From Candidatus Rifleibacteriota bacterium (GTDB lineage: Bacteria > Muiribacteriota > Ozemobacteria > Ozemobacterales > Ozemobacteraceae), in contig JADFYG010000002.1 of NCBI GenBank assembly GCA_015233155.1, positions 110,734 to 174,733 of the forward strand: a stretch of DNA of 64,000 nucleotides, in the 5' to 3' direction. A model generated the notes under the pieces. That model was given only the letters and a program-made list of their open reading frames with translations. It did not search any database and was not told the DNA's origin. Position 1 is the first letter of the stretch. Every line of letters begins with the position of its first letter. The position numbers and the translations under genes are program-made. Of the stretch, positions 38,861 to 48,808 are shown piece by piece.

Positions 38861-41800
38861 ATGAATGCTATGTCTGTGGCAATCGTTGGCAAAAGTTCGC
38901 TGTTTTCCGCATCATTGCAACGAAAGACCTTTTGGTTAAACCTTCTTGGCATCAAAGGGCTGATATCAGGGTTAGCCACGGGACAATGGCCTTTCAGCGA
39001 TTTTATTTCCGAAAAAGATCTGAACAAGCTTAAAGAGTTTGTCATGAACAGCGGTATCATTTCTTCCGGCGGACTTCCCAAAGATGGTTTTGAGATTCCT
39101 TCAGAGATCCTGAAGATGTCAGATGTTATTCCAATTCTTGCATTATTTCAGGCAAAGCAGGCGCTCGAAGATACAAAGAGTTTTTCTACCCGAAAATTTT
39201 CCCCTGAGAAAGCCGGGGTCATTTTTGGAACACTTCATGATACAGCTTTGATTAAAGAATATTGTATTGATCATCAGCACTCAATTTGGACAAATGCTCT
39301 TCGCAAGATCAATTGCAGTGAAGAACAAATCAAAAGCGTCTGTGAGCCCGTTATGCAGATGTTGTCTGATCAGGGAAATGATCTCTCAGAAGAAAGTATC
39401 GTAAAAAAAATCGAGAAAAAATTTGCCAATCAGTTTGGTTTCACAATTTGCCTTGCCAGGGAAAATGCACCCATCCCCGGAGTTACTGGATTGGTTTGGC
39501 TTGCTATCCGAGAACTTCGAGCAAATAAAGCAGACCTGATGATTGTTGGCGGAATCGATTGTGTTAATTCTGTTTTTTCATATCTGGATGGACTTACAAA
39601 TTCTACATCCACACAGGACAAACGCTATCGGGAAGGCCTTGGAATGATCGCTCTGCGAAGGCTGGAAGATGCTCAAAGAGATGGCGATAATATTTACGCT
39701 GTAATGTCCGCTACTGACGCATCTTTCATAACCATTTCTGAAAAACCTTCCGTGCAATGTATTAATCCGCAACCTTCTACTCCAGTAGTCGAATCAACAA
39801 AAACTGAATCTTTTCCTCGCGAATCAGGAAGCGTCGCCTCTGTAGTTGTTCAAGAGCAAACCTTTACTTTCACCGATTGCCTGATCAATGGCGAAAATGG
39901 AACCCGGGAAATCCCATGGACCATGAATCTTTCTGACAATCCATGGATTCTAGATCACAAACCTAATTATGTAATTCCAGCTCTTCCACTTATGTGCACT
40001 CTTGACTGGATGGTTCGATTTCTGGAGAAAGAAACCGGAAACAAAGTTATAGGTGTTAACAAAATGGAAGCATTGCGATGGGTCGGCTTTGATCAGCCGT
40101 CGATTCATGGCAGCATTTTGTATCGACAAACCGAATCAGGATCATGGCGAGTGGACTTGAAAACCGATCGTAATGGGGAGATGATCCGCGCCGTAGCTGC
40201 AGAATTGCAAATAGGTGCTGCTTTCCCTATCAATGAAAACAAGGAACTCTCGACACTTTTCTCCGCCGAAGATCAACCTCTTCCCTATCAAACTCATGAG
40301 GTTTCCCATGGACCATGCTTTCATTTGATGGAGCAGTGGAAATTGGGAAGAAATGGCGCTTCATGCGATATTCGAAATACAAGCCAGGGTGTTCCGTTGT
40401 ATTCGATCAATCCGGGAATGCTGGATGCATCTCTCCACGGCATTCCATGGACGCGTTTGAATCGCTGGTTTCGCGATCTTCCTGACGGACAGACAGGTTT
40501 TCCAATATCTCTTGAAAATGTGCGTTTTTTTGATCGAATTCCAACCGAAGGAATGACTCACGTCGAAACCAGACTTCTTTTTTCAAAGGGAGTTCCCAGG
40601 GTCCAGCTTTGGCTTTTTCATAATGGCGCTTGTTTCGCCACATTCAGAGTCGCCATTTTTTCCTTGCCTCTTGGCAGGTTTGGCCCCCTTTCACCGCTCA
40701 AACGTCGAGCGTTTTTTAGAGATAACAGATATGTAACTGGGGCATCCATTTCAGAAACTGGCTCAGATCAAACTCATACTGATAAAAATACACTGCGAAA
40801 TATAGACTGGCTACCGAACACTCTTTCCCGACTTTATCGAGTTTCCGGAACATCTTCAGACTGCTACAGACAGATTATCCGGGCAGAACATATTGCCCAG
40901 TTTGCACGACTTCATCCTGCTGATATCGTCTGCGATTCTACCGGTAATTCCTGCAGAAATTTGCCCTTTAACCCCATCTCCGTTTCCGTTGAAGAAAGTG
41001 GAGAGCAACTGATCGCTCGCGGCACTCCAGCTTCATCACTTGATTGGAAAAAAATTCGGTCATCCTGGGTGCAAACAATAGGACCGCGACGGTTCTTCCA
41101 TGATTTGCTGGGCGCACTTTTAGGGACTTTTGTAAATCGGGTTGTTTTGCAAAAGCCTGAGGAATTCAATTCTGTAGCTTCTCGGCCGGTAATGTATCTT
41201 GCAAATCATCAAATTGGTCTCGAATCTCCTTTATTCATGGCTCTCTCGTATGCTATGACCGCAAATACCGTTCAAGCCATTGCAAAACCTGATCATGTAA
41301 ACGCCTGGTTAGGCTTTCTTCTGGCCTTTGCCAAAGATTCGATCGGAGACAATCATCCATTCCAGTTGCTGTATTTCGATCGCTTCAAACCTCAGGGATT
41401 GCTGGAATCCCTGAAAAAAGAGGGAAGCCAGAAAGCGTCTCTTTTAGTTCATGTTGAGGGAACCAGAGCTACTGAAGCCGGACAACCCGTAACAAAATTG
41501 AGTTCCGTGTTCCTGGACATGGCTATTGCAAAAAACATTCCTGTGATTCCGGTTCGATTTGTCGGGGGTTTGCCACCTGACAAAACCTCTGAGAGACTTG
41601 ATTTTCCTTTTGGCAACGGCAAACAGGATTATTTTATCGGGGGGCCAATTCTTCCCGAAACGTTAAAAAAAATGCCCTACGGTCATCGTCCCAAATATGT
41701 CATGGATCAGATTAATTCAATGGGACCACTGAACGACGAGGATGTACTTCTTCCACCTGATAAAAAATTTGAAGATAAGACAAAGTTTTTCATGGAAACC

Positions 41801-41980
41801 TTCGGGTTTCCCAAAATGCAGGCCATGCTTTTTGCCCTGCTCGGGATAATTGATGATCCATGCGAGGAAACCGCCTTGCTCATAAAAGCTGTCCAGTCCG
41901 GAAAACTAAGCGGCGACAGCTCACAGGTTCCTCCCGTACTAAAAAACTTTCTTATTCATGTGAAAACGAAATTTTCCTGA
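38861..41980 (+). CDS. Multidomain lipid-metabolism protein: ketosynthase-like N-terminal half, hotdog/dehydratase-like middle, C-terminal lysophospholipid (AGPAT/PlsC-type) acyltransferase
   Basis: The N-terminus has KS-like FTICLA (Cys) …LMIVGGID… and YREGLGMIALRRLEDAQRDGDNIYAVM (the KS motif GEGxGxxVLKRLxDAxRDGDxIxAVI), but lacks the C-terminal His motifs of a complete ketosynthase. The middle has PWILDHKPNYVIPALP (PKS dehydratase-like HxxxGxxxxP variant). The C-terminus has AGPAT motifs LANHQIGLE (block I variant), VEGTR (block III) and IPVIPV (block IV). Confidence 0.75.
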   Translation: MNAMSVAIVGKSSLFSASLQRKTFWLNLLGIKGLISGLATGQWPFSDFISEKDLNKLKEFVMNSGIISSGGLPKDGFEIPSEILKMSDVIPILALFQAKQALEDTKSFSTRKFSPEKAGVIFGTLHDTALIKEYCIDHQHSIWTNALRKINCSEEQIKSVCEPVMQMLSDQGNDLSEESIVKKIEKKFANQFGFTICLARENAPIPGVTGLVWLAIRELRANKADLMIVGGIDCVNSVFSYLDGLTNSTSTQDKRYREGLGMIALRRLEDAQRDGDNIYAVMSATDASFITISEKPSVQCINPQPSTPVVESTKTESFPRESGSVASVVVQEQTFTFTDCLINGENGTREIPWTMNLSDNPWILDHKPNYVIPALPLMCTLDWMVRFLEKETGNKVIGVNKMEALRWVGFDQPSIHGSILYRQTESGSWRVDLKTDRNGEMIRAVAAELQIGAAFPINENKELSTLFSAEDQPLPYQTHEVSHGPCFHLMEQWKLGRNGASCDIRNTSQGVPLYSINPGMLDASLHGIPWTRLNRWFRDLPDGQTGFPISLENVRFFDRIPTEGMTHVETRLLFSKGVPRVQLWLFHNGACFATFRVAIFSLPLGRFGPLSPLKRRAFFRDNRYVTGASISETGSDQTHTDKNTLRNIDWLPNTLSRLYRVSGTSSDCYRQIIRAEHIAQFARLHPADIVCDSTGNSCRNLPFNPISVSVEESGEQLIARGTPASSLDWKKIRSSWVQTIGPRRFFHDLLGALLGTFVNRVVLQKPEEFNSVASRPVMYLANHQIGLESPLFMALSYAMTANTVQAIAKPDHVNAWLGFLLAFAKDSIGDNHPFQLLYFDRFKPQGLLESLKKEGSQKASLLVHVEGTRATEAGQPVTKLSSVFLDMAIAKNIPVIPVRFVGGLPPDKTSERLDFPFGNGKQDYFIGGPILPETLKKMPYGHRPKYVMDQINSMGPLNDEDVLLPPDKKFEDKTKFFMETFGFPKMQAMLFALLGIIDDPCEETALLIKAVQSGKLSGDSSQVPPVLKNFLIHVKTKFS

Positions 41981-41982
41981 TT

Positions 41983-43179
41983 CTATCGCCCTCTGTCTGA
42001 TTCTGAAGCCAAAGAATTACCAGGCGTATTACGGCGCAATGAATCATCACGAATCTTCAGATCAAGCATATTTGAGCCGCTCCCCTGGTTACTTTTCGTT
42101 CCTTCGCTCACGGAAGTCGTGCTTGCGGGTTCCGATTTTCCGGGCCATGGCGGAAGTTCAATCGAAGCGGATTTCGAGCTTGTAATATTCCGCACTGAAG
42201 CCGGCGTTACCGCGTGATCCACATGGTATTTATCAAGAGGCGCTTCGTATTCAAGATCGATATCCCTGCCATTACCGCCGAATCGACAGGAGAAGCGAAT
42301 TTTATGTTTCGAAGCGTCTTTTTTAGGATTAGGAGTCAGATAGGAAACGGTAAAATGACGTTCCTGGCGCATTCTCTGCACAATTTTCTGGTACAATCCC
42401 GCAAGATCTTTCGATGTCGGAGCAAAAAGATACCAGCCGTGAGTTTCACGGGTAAGTTCGAGCAATACTTTCTCATCTATAAGCGAACCCATGCCAACAC
42501 TGATTATTCTTACATTGCGCTTGCGGGCTGCAGTAATAACTTCGGACAGATTACGTGTAGACATCTGACGATTACCAACGGGAGTTTCGTCTTTGCCGTC
42601 GGTGAAAAGAACTATGGTTCTCAAATCGCGGGGATCGGTGTTTGCATACAGCATCTCGATTCCAAGATACAGTGCATCGTACAGTGAGGTTCCGCCCCAT
42701 GCCCGTATCGTCTCTACTGCGTGTGTCAGCTCTTTCTTCACGGTGGTGAAGTCCTGGTTGATTTCAACATCGCTGGCAAAAGAGATCACGGAGGTTTTTA
42801 CGTCTGATGGAAGTGATTCAAGGAACAGTGCAGCAGACCGACGAATATCACTGATCGAGTTTTCCAGACTCGAACTGCGATCCAGCAACAGAACCAATCC
42901 CTGTCTGGGAACGGCGCTGGCGATAATAATATTACTGATGGGTATGTCATCCTCGATAATATTGAATGTGCCGGATGTGATCTCAATCGGGGCGGTCGCC
43001 AGAATTTTTATTCGCAATGACATCAGCGGAAAATCGACTGTCAGCGGAGTGACTGTCACCCGCCCTGACAACGAGGCCAGTTCTTCGGAGCACGCCATTC
43101 CTTGAACAAAGAGAAAGCTCAATAAAACCAACAATGGCAACGCCGCTGAATAAGAAGGCCTGCCACTGATAAATTTCAT
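41983..43179 (-). CDS. Secreted von Willebrand factor A (vWA) domain protein
   Basis: Signal peptide; MIDAS-type LLLDRSSSLENS…GGTSLYDA…LFTDGKD. Confidence 0.75.
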   Translation of the reverse strand: MKFISGRPSYSAALPLLVLLSFLFVQGMACSEELASLSGRVTVTPLTVDFPLMSLRIKILATAPIEITSGTFNIIEDDIPISNIIIASAVPRQGLVLLLDRSSSLENSISDIRRSAALFLESLPSDVKTSVISFASDVEINQDFTTVKKELTHAVETIRAWGGTSLYDALYLGIEMLYANTDPRDLRTIVLFTDGKDETPVGNRQMSTRNLSEVITAARKRNVRIISVGMGSLIDEKVLLELTRETHGWYLFAPTSKDLAGLYQKIVQRMRQERHFTVSYLTPNPKKDASKHKIRFSCRFGGNGRDIDLEYEAPLDKYHVDHAVTPASVRNITSSKSASIELPPWPGKSEPASTTSVSEGTKSNQGSGSNMLDLKIRDDSLRRNTPGNSLASESDRGR

Positions 43180-43258
43180 AAAATTAACATTGCGCTGCCG
43201 TCTTTATTTTCTCAGGATGGGGTTGGCGTCGTTGTAAATCGTGCGAAAATTAGAATGA

Positions 43259-43810
43259 TCAGAGACGTTTTCCACAATGCTTGAATCCATGCTTTTTATT
43301 ATATTCGCGCAGATAGGCCAACTCATCTTCGAGTCCCTTCATCGCGGGAGTCTTTTCGGTCGCAGTCTTTTCGATACAATATAGTTTCCAGGCTTCCCCG
43401 CGATACCCCTTCTGTCTGACATACCATTCGGCACCATCGCCATCCTGGGAAATTGGAAATAACACGCAAAGATGTGGTTTATATTTCCACTTTGCGCCAT
43501 CTGCCTCTCCGGCTTTCTGCAGTATGCATCCTTCATTTGCAAAAATACACCAGCCATCGACCACTGCCATAGTGCGCCGATTCTCTTTTGTACGACCTGT
43601 CACGAAGCCTTGTGCCTCAAGAACTTCAACTGCATGTGGTCGCATGAGTGGCTTGAACTTGGCCAGATTGCGTTCTATAAGTGCAATTTCGTGACCATCC
43701 AGCCCGGGGCGGCCATTTTTACAACACACTCCACCGCACTCCGGAAAACAACACCGGAATTTAGCTTCACAAAGATTTACTACAAGAGAGTTTTCATTCG
43801 AAGTTGTCAT
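43259..43810 (-). CDS. Cys-rich hypothetical protein (possible metal-binding, UPF0153/DUF3109-like)
   Basis: N-terminal CEAKFRCCFPECGGVCC cluster. No other recognised motif. Confidence 0.45.
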   Translation of the reverse strand: MTTSNENSLVVNLCEAKFRCCFPECGGVCCKNGRPGLDGHEIALIERNLAKFKPLMRPHAVEVLEAQGFVTGRTKENRRTMAVVDGWCIFANEGCILQKAGEADGAKWKYKPHLCVLFPISQDGDGAEWYVRQKGYRGEAWKLYCIEKTATEKTPAMKGLEDELAYLREYNKKHGFKHCGKRL

Positions 43811-44002
43811 ACTGCCTTTCCCTCTTCAAGTGCGAATATATACGAAGAATGGTTGAAATATATCTCATTGAAACAAATTACATCTCGCCCGCACACATTG
43901 CGAGGCATGGTTAAAAGCTCTGTGGTCGGGCGCGACCGCCGGGCGCGCCGCTTCGCATTTCGGCATGCCCGACCATCATGCCCTATAATCATAGTTGCCA
44001 TA

Positions 44003-44533
44003 TCAGACAAAAATGGCTGCATTGCCGAGATGTTTGGTGAACATTACCAGATCATCACCTGGTCGGTAAAAATCAACCAGGCGTGCTTCTTCACGATATC
44101 CTATGCGCTTATAGAATTCGCGAGTAGAATCGTATTCAGGTTTACCGGATGTCTCGGCCAGTACAATCCGACCTCCGCGTTCATGAATACGCCGCTCGGC
44201 CCATCTCATGAGCGCTCGTCCAACACCTCCACGCTGCGCATCAGGATTGACAACGATCCAATACAAATCATAAGTTCCTTCAGTCAAAGGCCGCTCGCCA
44301 AAACAGACATATCCGGAGACGGACGACTTACTCCCACCATCAGGACACACGGCGACACCGAAAAAATAATCTTGCTGATCAGGTTTTTCGAGCGCTTCAT
44401 CGACCAACTCAATCGCCACATCGACTTCTTCAGGGGAAAAAAAGCCTGTCGCTTTGACAATTTCCCGGATAGGCTCACGATCGGAAGCATATAATTCGCG
44501 AATATGTACGGTATCGGAGAAAGGTGGTGTCAT
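44003..44533 (-). CDS. GNAT family N-acetyltransferase
   Basis: Acetyl-CoA-binding motif NPDAQRGGVGRALM in the motif A position of the GNAT fold. Confidence 0.8.
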   Translation of the reverse strand: MTPPFSDTVHIRELYASDREPIREIVKATGFFSPEEVDVAIELVDEALEKPDQQDYFFGVAVCPDGGSKSSVSGYVCFGERPLTEGTYDLYWIVVNPDAQRGGVGRALMRWAERRIHERGGRIVLAETSGKPEYDSTREFYKRIGYREEARLVDFYRPGDDLVMFTKHLGNAAIFV

Positions 44534-44550
44534 ATAGTCTTACAATCCTT

Positions 44551-45141
44551 CTATATTTTCTGCTGATTGAGTTTGCTTAGTAAATTCCATCCCCGGGGAA
44601 TAATGAGAGCTGCAATAATCAGTTTTACTAAATCGCCCGGAATGAATGGAATCAAACCAGCACTCATTACGCATTTCCAGCCTGTGAACTTTGCAAGCCA
44701 CGGCAATCCGAAAACATATATGGCGATATTGCCGAAGAGCATTGCCGCGGCGGTTGTAGTGCAGCGCCGATCCCATCCCATCTCCGCGAAAGCTCCAGTA
44801 ATCCACGCAGCAGCTACCATCCCAATAAGATAACCCCCCGTTGGTCCCATCAGGTGAGCAAAACCAGCCGCTCCCCCAGCAAAAACCGGAAGTCCCAGGC
44901 AGCCTTCCGCAATATACATTATGAGGCTGGCCGCTCCCCTTTCTTTGCCGAGAAGTATTCCGACAAGTAGCACACCAAAGGTTTGTCCTGTGACAGAAAC
45001 AGGCACAAAAGGAATTTCCAGTCGGGCACTGAGAGCGACAATGATACTTCCCAGAATGATAAGGGCAATGTCTCTCACCAACCCTCTTGATGCCGGGAAG
45101 ACGTCTGCAAAAACCGGAAAAGACAAAGATTTCGTATTCAT
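44551..45141 (-). CDS. bioY: Biotin transporter BioY (ECF-type S component)
   Basis: 196 aa, six hydrophobic helices. VSVTGQTFGVLLVGILLG and MGPTGGYLIG are characteristic of BioY. Confidence 0.8.
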   Translation of the reverse strand: MNTKSLSFPVFADVFPASRGLVRDIALIILGSIIVALSARLEIPFVPVSVTGQTFGVLLVGILLGKERGAASLIMYIAEGCLGLPVFAGGAAGFAHLMGPTGGYLIGMVAAAWITGAFAEMGWDRRCTTTAAAMLFGNIAIYVFGLPWLAKFTGWKCVMSAGLIPFIPGDLVKLIIAALIIPRGWNLLSKLNQQKI

Positions 45142-45259
45142 AATTCACCCCCGAAAGTCACTAAAATAAGTCTCCACAGGATAACACAGAAATCGGTCTG
45201 AGAGACGTTGTCTTTGAATCAATATTTAGGCCGACATGCCATTTTATTCCGAATGGTGG

Positions 45260-45778
45260 TCAGTGAATTTTAGACGCCGGGAAAACATTCATGCGCTTGA
45301 GTTTTTGTGACAGATCTAGTTCGAATTCAATCTTCAGATCGTTTATATCGAAAAAAAGTATAATCTCGACCTCATCTTCATCGATCTTTTGAGGGTCGCC
45401 GAGAAAGGCAACCAGATCGTTTTTTGCAGAATTTTTTGAAAGAATGATTGTTTTTCCATCAGCGTCAACCAATGTTGTCTGAGCCTCGGCAAAGCCTTCT
45501 TTGGCATCATCCTGAATGATGAATGCAAAAAAATCTATTTTTTGATCGTCCAGTTCGACGATCAAACCATGACGAAGATAATGGAAGGTCTTATCATATA
45601 TTGGCATTTCATTGTCGGGCTTGCCGAATATCTCGAGTGCCTCGAAGGAATGTCCGAACGTCATGCCGTTCAATGTCTTATCAGCAAGGCTGAACTTCAG
45701 AGATTTACGTGGCATGGCAGGCCAGTTGCGCGTTGGATCCGACTTGAAAAACTCAATGATTCGTTTAAGAAAACTCAT
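45260..45778 (-). CDS. Hypothetical protein
   Basis: 172-aa acidic ORF with no recognised motif. Its coding likelihood rests on length and codon usage only. Confidence 0.45.
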   Translation of the reverse strand: MSFLKRIIEFFKSDPTRNWPAMPRKSLKFSLADKTLNGMTFGHSFEALEIFGKPDNEMPIYDKTFHYLRHGLIVELDDQKIDFFAFIIQDDAKEGFAEAQTTLVDADGKTIILSKNSAKNDLVAFLGDPQKIDEDEVEIILFFDINDLKIEFELDLSQKLKRMNVFPASKIH

Positions 45779-45903
45779 TTTTTATGCCTTTACAAACGAT
45801 AAAAATGTCTATCTTTGTTTTGAAAATATCGAAAGCATGTTGCTGAAAATCAAATTTGGCTTTCCCGGACAGATGCATTGCCGATGTCTGGCAATAGCGA
45901 AAC

Positions 45904-48786
45904 TCATATACTGGATTCTTCAGAAGACAGTGCCTCAGAACCAGGCTCCGGAGAGACATCGTCATCGCGCACCCAAAGAAAGCCATTCGGCAAGGCTTCC
46001 CCAAATGATTCGGCGATTTCAGACTCTTCAAGTCTCCGAATATTGTGAAGCGGAGCGAGAAACTCTTTTTTTCGGTTATTACGCTTGAGCTGTTCGATGA
46101 TTCGACGTCGCGTCTGCTCGTCTATTTGTACCAGAAGATCTCCGACCTTGCGACCAAGTTCTTTCAGCGCCCAATCAAGATATGAGATGTTTGCCGCCCC
46201 GTGTTTTATCAATTCTACCGCCCAGTTCTGACATACTGTGCGGCTCACCAGCAACGTATGGTCAGCATACGACAATTCGCGAGCGCCGAGCCGTCCCAAA
46301 GCATATAGAGCGACTGTATCGCGACTGAACGTAGGCGGAGCTTTTGTTATCCAGGTGCCGAGTCGTTCTTTTTCGGAAACAGGAAGACGCTCGAGATGCC
46401 CAAGCAATCTCCACAGATGATTCCGCTCATGTTGCTCGACCTTGCGTACTCCTTTTTCAATACGTTTGGGAGGAAACAATGTCGATTCTATGCGTTCGAG
46501 AAGACCTCGCTGACGATCTGCCGATAAGCCGGCTGCCACACGTTTCCAGAGAATCCACCATTCCGACCAGAACTCCGTGTTCGATGAATCGAAAGAAATG
46601 GCGGTCATAAGCGCCCATAGACGATCCAGGCGTTCATCGTCAGTGACCGTGCCAAACCCGGGACGCGCACAAAAACCCAGTATGCGAAACCAGACAATAC
46701 GCGCCTCGTCCACGGTGTTAAATCTTTCATCATTGATGAACATGTCAAACAAAGCGCGTAATGTTGACAGCTCCCAGTCTTTGCGCGATACTTGGAGAAT
46801 CTCTTCAATTCGCTTGAAAACCAGATTAAAGGAAACAGGATCTTCCGCATTTTCGACGAACAATGAGTCGCAAAGTTTTTTAACTTGTGCAGCTTCACGC
46901 TTTGTCAAAGGTTGCCGGGTTTTGCGTTGCTGTTTTTTGCCAACAGCTTCATCACCAACCGCGACCTTGCTTTCGCTTCTGGAAGCAGCTTCACGCGCCG
47001 AGTCACCAATAGCGAATGCCAGCTCCCGTTGAAATTTTCCCTCTAATGCTTTGCAGGTAATCTCTAAATAGCCTGTCTCGCGCAGTTTTACGAACAGGTT
47101 TACCTGTTCGATCGCCGTCTCGCTCTTTGAAACATTTTTCTCGGCACGCATGAATAACGGTGGAAGTGATTTATGACGACGTCCATTATAACGCGCCGTT
47201 TCACCCACTTTTTCGCCTGTTGATGACACACTGTAATACAAGTAAAATGCTGAATCACGTCCGCGGTCGAAACCGAAACTTTTGCCCTCTACATGCTCCT
47301 CCCGCTCGCTCTCGGCGCCCTTCGGAAGAAGACAAAGAACCTGTTCGGGCACATGACGCACAGGGGTTGAACTCCTGGCAGTACCGATACCGAGATACAG
47401 GGAAACAGGATTCCCGCTTTGTATACGTTCTCCCAGACCGTGTCTCGCCATTCCAAACGCCACTGCGCCGGCAGCTACCGCAAGTGTCGGATGCGGATTA
47501 TCAAGGACCGTTGGAGTCTTCCCACCGCGCCATGCGGTTATCTGATCTATCAGTCTGCGACGCAAAGCAGGCGCATTCATGGTGCCACCGTTGAACAACA
47601 CGGCATCGGGCATAATACCATTATCCGCAAGAAACGCCGCAAGATGTCGGGTGACAGCCGGATCACGCGAGTAGGGCAGGCCCGCCTCAGACAGGCCGAA
47701 TGCACCTTCTTCCATGGGCCTGGTTTCGAAAGGCGTGATAGGAAAAAAGCCTTCCAGTAAGGTATTACGGGTTTCCCTGGAGCCCAATTTTTCTTTCAAT
47801 GTGCCCGCCAAAACAGAACTTCCGGCTCCGGAAAGCGTGAATGTCAGCGTATCGTCGCTATCATCAGCAAGCAGTCGCTCTTTCGCCACCTTGCTTTGCC
47901 CAAGCAGTGCGAGCCATTGGCGCGTAAGAAGTCGCTTATTTCGGTGTTTGAGCCGTGTTTCAACTTCACGAGCCACTGCCAGATCCAGATTATCGCCACC
48001 TATAAGTAAATGTGGGCCAACAGCAAGACGTGTAAATGTAAACTTGTCGTTATTCTTTTGTAACTCAGCTGCGGGAGGGGTTATCCCTATCAGAGAAAAA
48101 TCCGTGGTTCCGCCGCCGATATCTATTACAAGAACTGTTTTAACATTATCAAGGTCTGTTTTGAGAGTTTTCGCCCGACGCACAAGAAAATCATAAAAAG
48201 CAGCCTGAGGCTCTTCCAGCAAAGTCACATCAGGAATCCCCGCCGCCGTGATTGCTTCGATGGTCAAATTGCGCGCGGCGGGGTCAAATGACGCCGGAAC
48301 AGTTATTACGATGTCCTGCTTGCTGAACTCAGCATCCGGGGATAGCGGAAGCATCACGTGATTCCAGGCTTGAACTAAATGTCGTAAGAGAAATGCGCCT
48401 GCCGCGACTGGTGACAATTTCTCGGATACCGTATCGCTTTGCCACGGCAAAATTGAAGCTGTACGATCAATGCGTGGATGAGACAGCCATGATTTAGCGC
48501 TATGGATGAGACGTGACGGAACAGAAGCACCCAATTCCCGGGCAGCTTCTCCAATTATCGGACCAAAATTCCAGGGGGTATCAGGTAAAACCAGATTTTC
48601 TTCGGGAAGATACAAAAGTGAGGGAAGTGTTGGCAAAGCCGCTGTCTCGCGAGGTGAAACAAATTGTGGAATCTTCAGAAAACGAACGCCTGCCTCTGGT
48701 TCCTCGACATCGATCCAGGCAAGCGCTGATTGAGTGGTGCCAAGATCGATGCCGATCAGATAACGCACATGTTTTCGTTTAGTCAT
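45904..48786 (-). CDS. Atypical Hsp70-family protein with long C-terminal extension (960 aa)
   Basis: N-terminus IGIDLGTTQSALAWID (phosphate-1 motif), VIDIGGGTTDFSLI (phosphate-2), an actin-like ATPase fold of about 580 aa, then a 380-aa non-DnaK C-terminal region. Confidence 0.8.
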   Translation of the reverse strand: MTKRKHVRYLIGIDLGTTQSALAWIDVEEPEAGVRFLKIPQFVSPRETAALPTLPSLLYLPEENLVLPDTPWNFGPIIGEAARELGASVPSRLIHSAKSWLSHPRIDRTASILPWQSDTVSEKLSPVAAGAFLLRHLVQAWNHVMLPLSPDAEFSKQDIVITVPASFDPAARNLTIEAITAAGIPDVTLLEEPQAAFYDFLVRRAKTLKTDLDNVKTVLVIDIGGGTTDFSLIGITPPAAELQKNNDKFTFTRLAVGPHLLIGGDNLDLAVAREVETRLKHRNKRLLTRQWLALLGQSKVAKERLLADDSDDTLTFTLSGAGSSVLAGTLKEKLGSRETRNTLLEGFFPITPFETRPMEEGAFGLSEAGLPYSRDPAVTRHLAAFLADNGIMPDAVLFNGGTMNAPALRRRLIDQITAWRGGKTPTVLDNPHPTLAVAAGAVAFGMARHGLGERIQSGNPVSLYLGIGTARSSTPVRHVPEQVLCLLPKGAESEREEHVEGKSFGFDRGRDSAFYLYYSVSSTGEKVGETARYNGRRHKSLPPLFMRAEKNVSKSETAIEQVNLFVKLRETGYLEITCKALEGKFQRELAFAIGDSAREAASRSESKVAVGDEAVGKKQQRKTRQPLTKREAAQVKKLCDSLFVENAEDPVSFNLVFKRIEEILQVSRKDWELSTLRALFDMFINDERFNTVDEARIVWFRILGFCARPGFGTVTDDERLDRLWALMTAISFDSSNTEFWSEWWILWKRVAAGLSADRQRGLLERIESTLFPPKRIEKGVRKVEQHERNHLWRLLGHLERLPVSEKERLGTWITKAPPTFSRDTVALYALGRLGARELSYADHTLLVSRTVCQNWAVELIKHGAANISYLDWALKELGRKVGDLLVQIDEQTRRRIIEQLKRNNRKKEFLAPLHNIRRLEESEIAESFGEALPNGFLWVRDDDVSPEPGSEALSSEESSI

Positions 48787-48808
48787 ACCGGGAAACTGAT
48801 TTTTGGTT

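Noticed and set aside
43472-44494. 340-aa plus-strand ORF overlapping the GNAT and Cys-rich genes.
   Set aside because: The translation is low complexity with no motifs, whereas the minus-strand GNAT (RGGVGRALM) and neighbours have clear signatures. It is an antisense shadow ORF. The same reasoning applies to 6671-7306, 7406-7906, 25370-26011, 33107-33745, 51634-52344 and 58625-59140.
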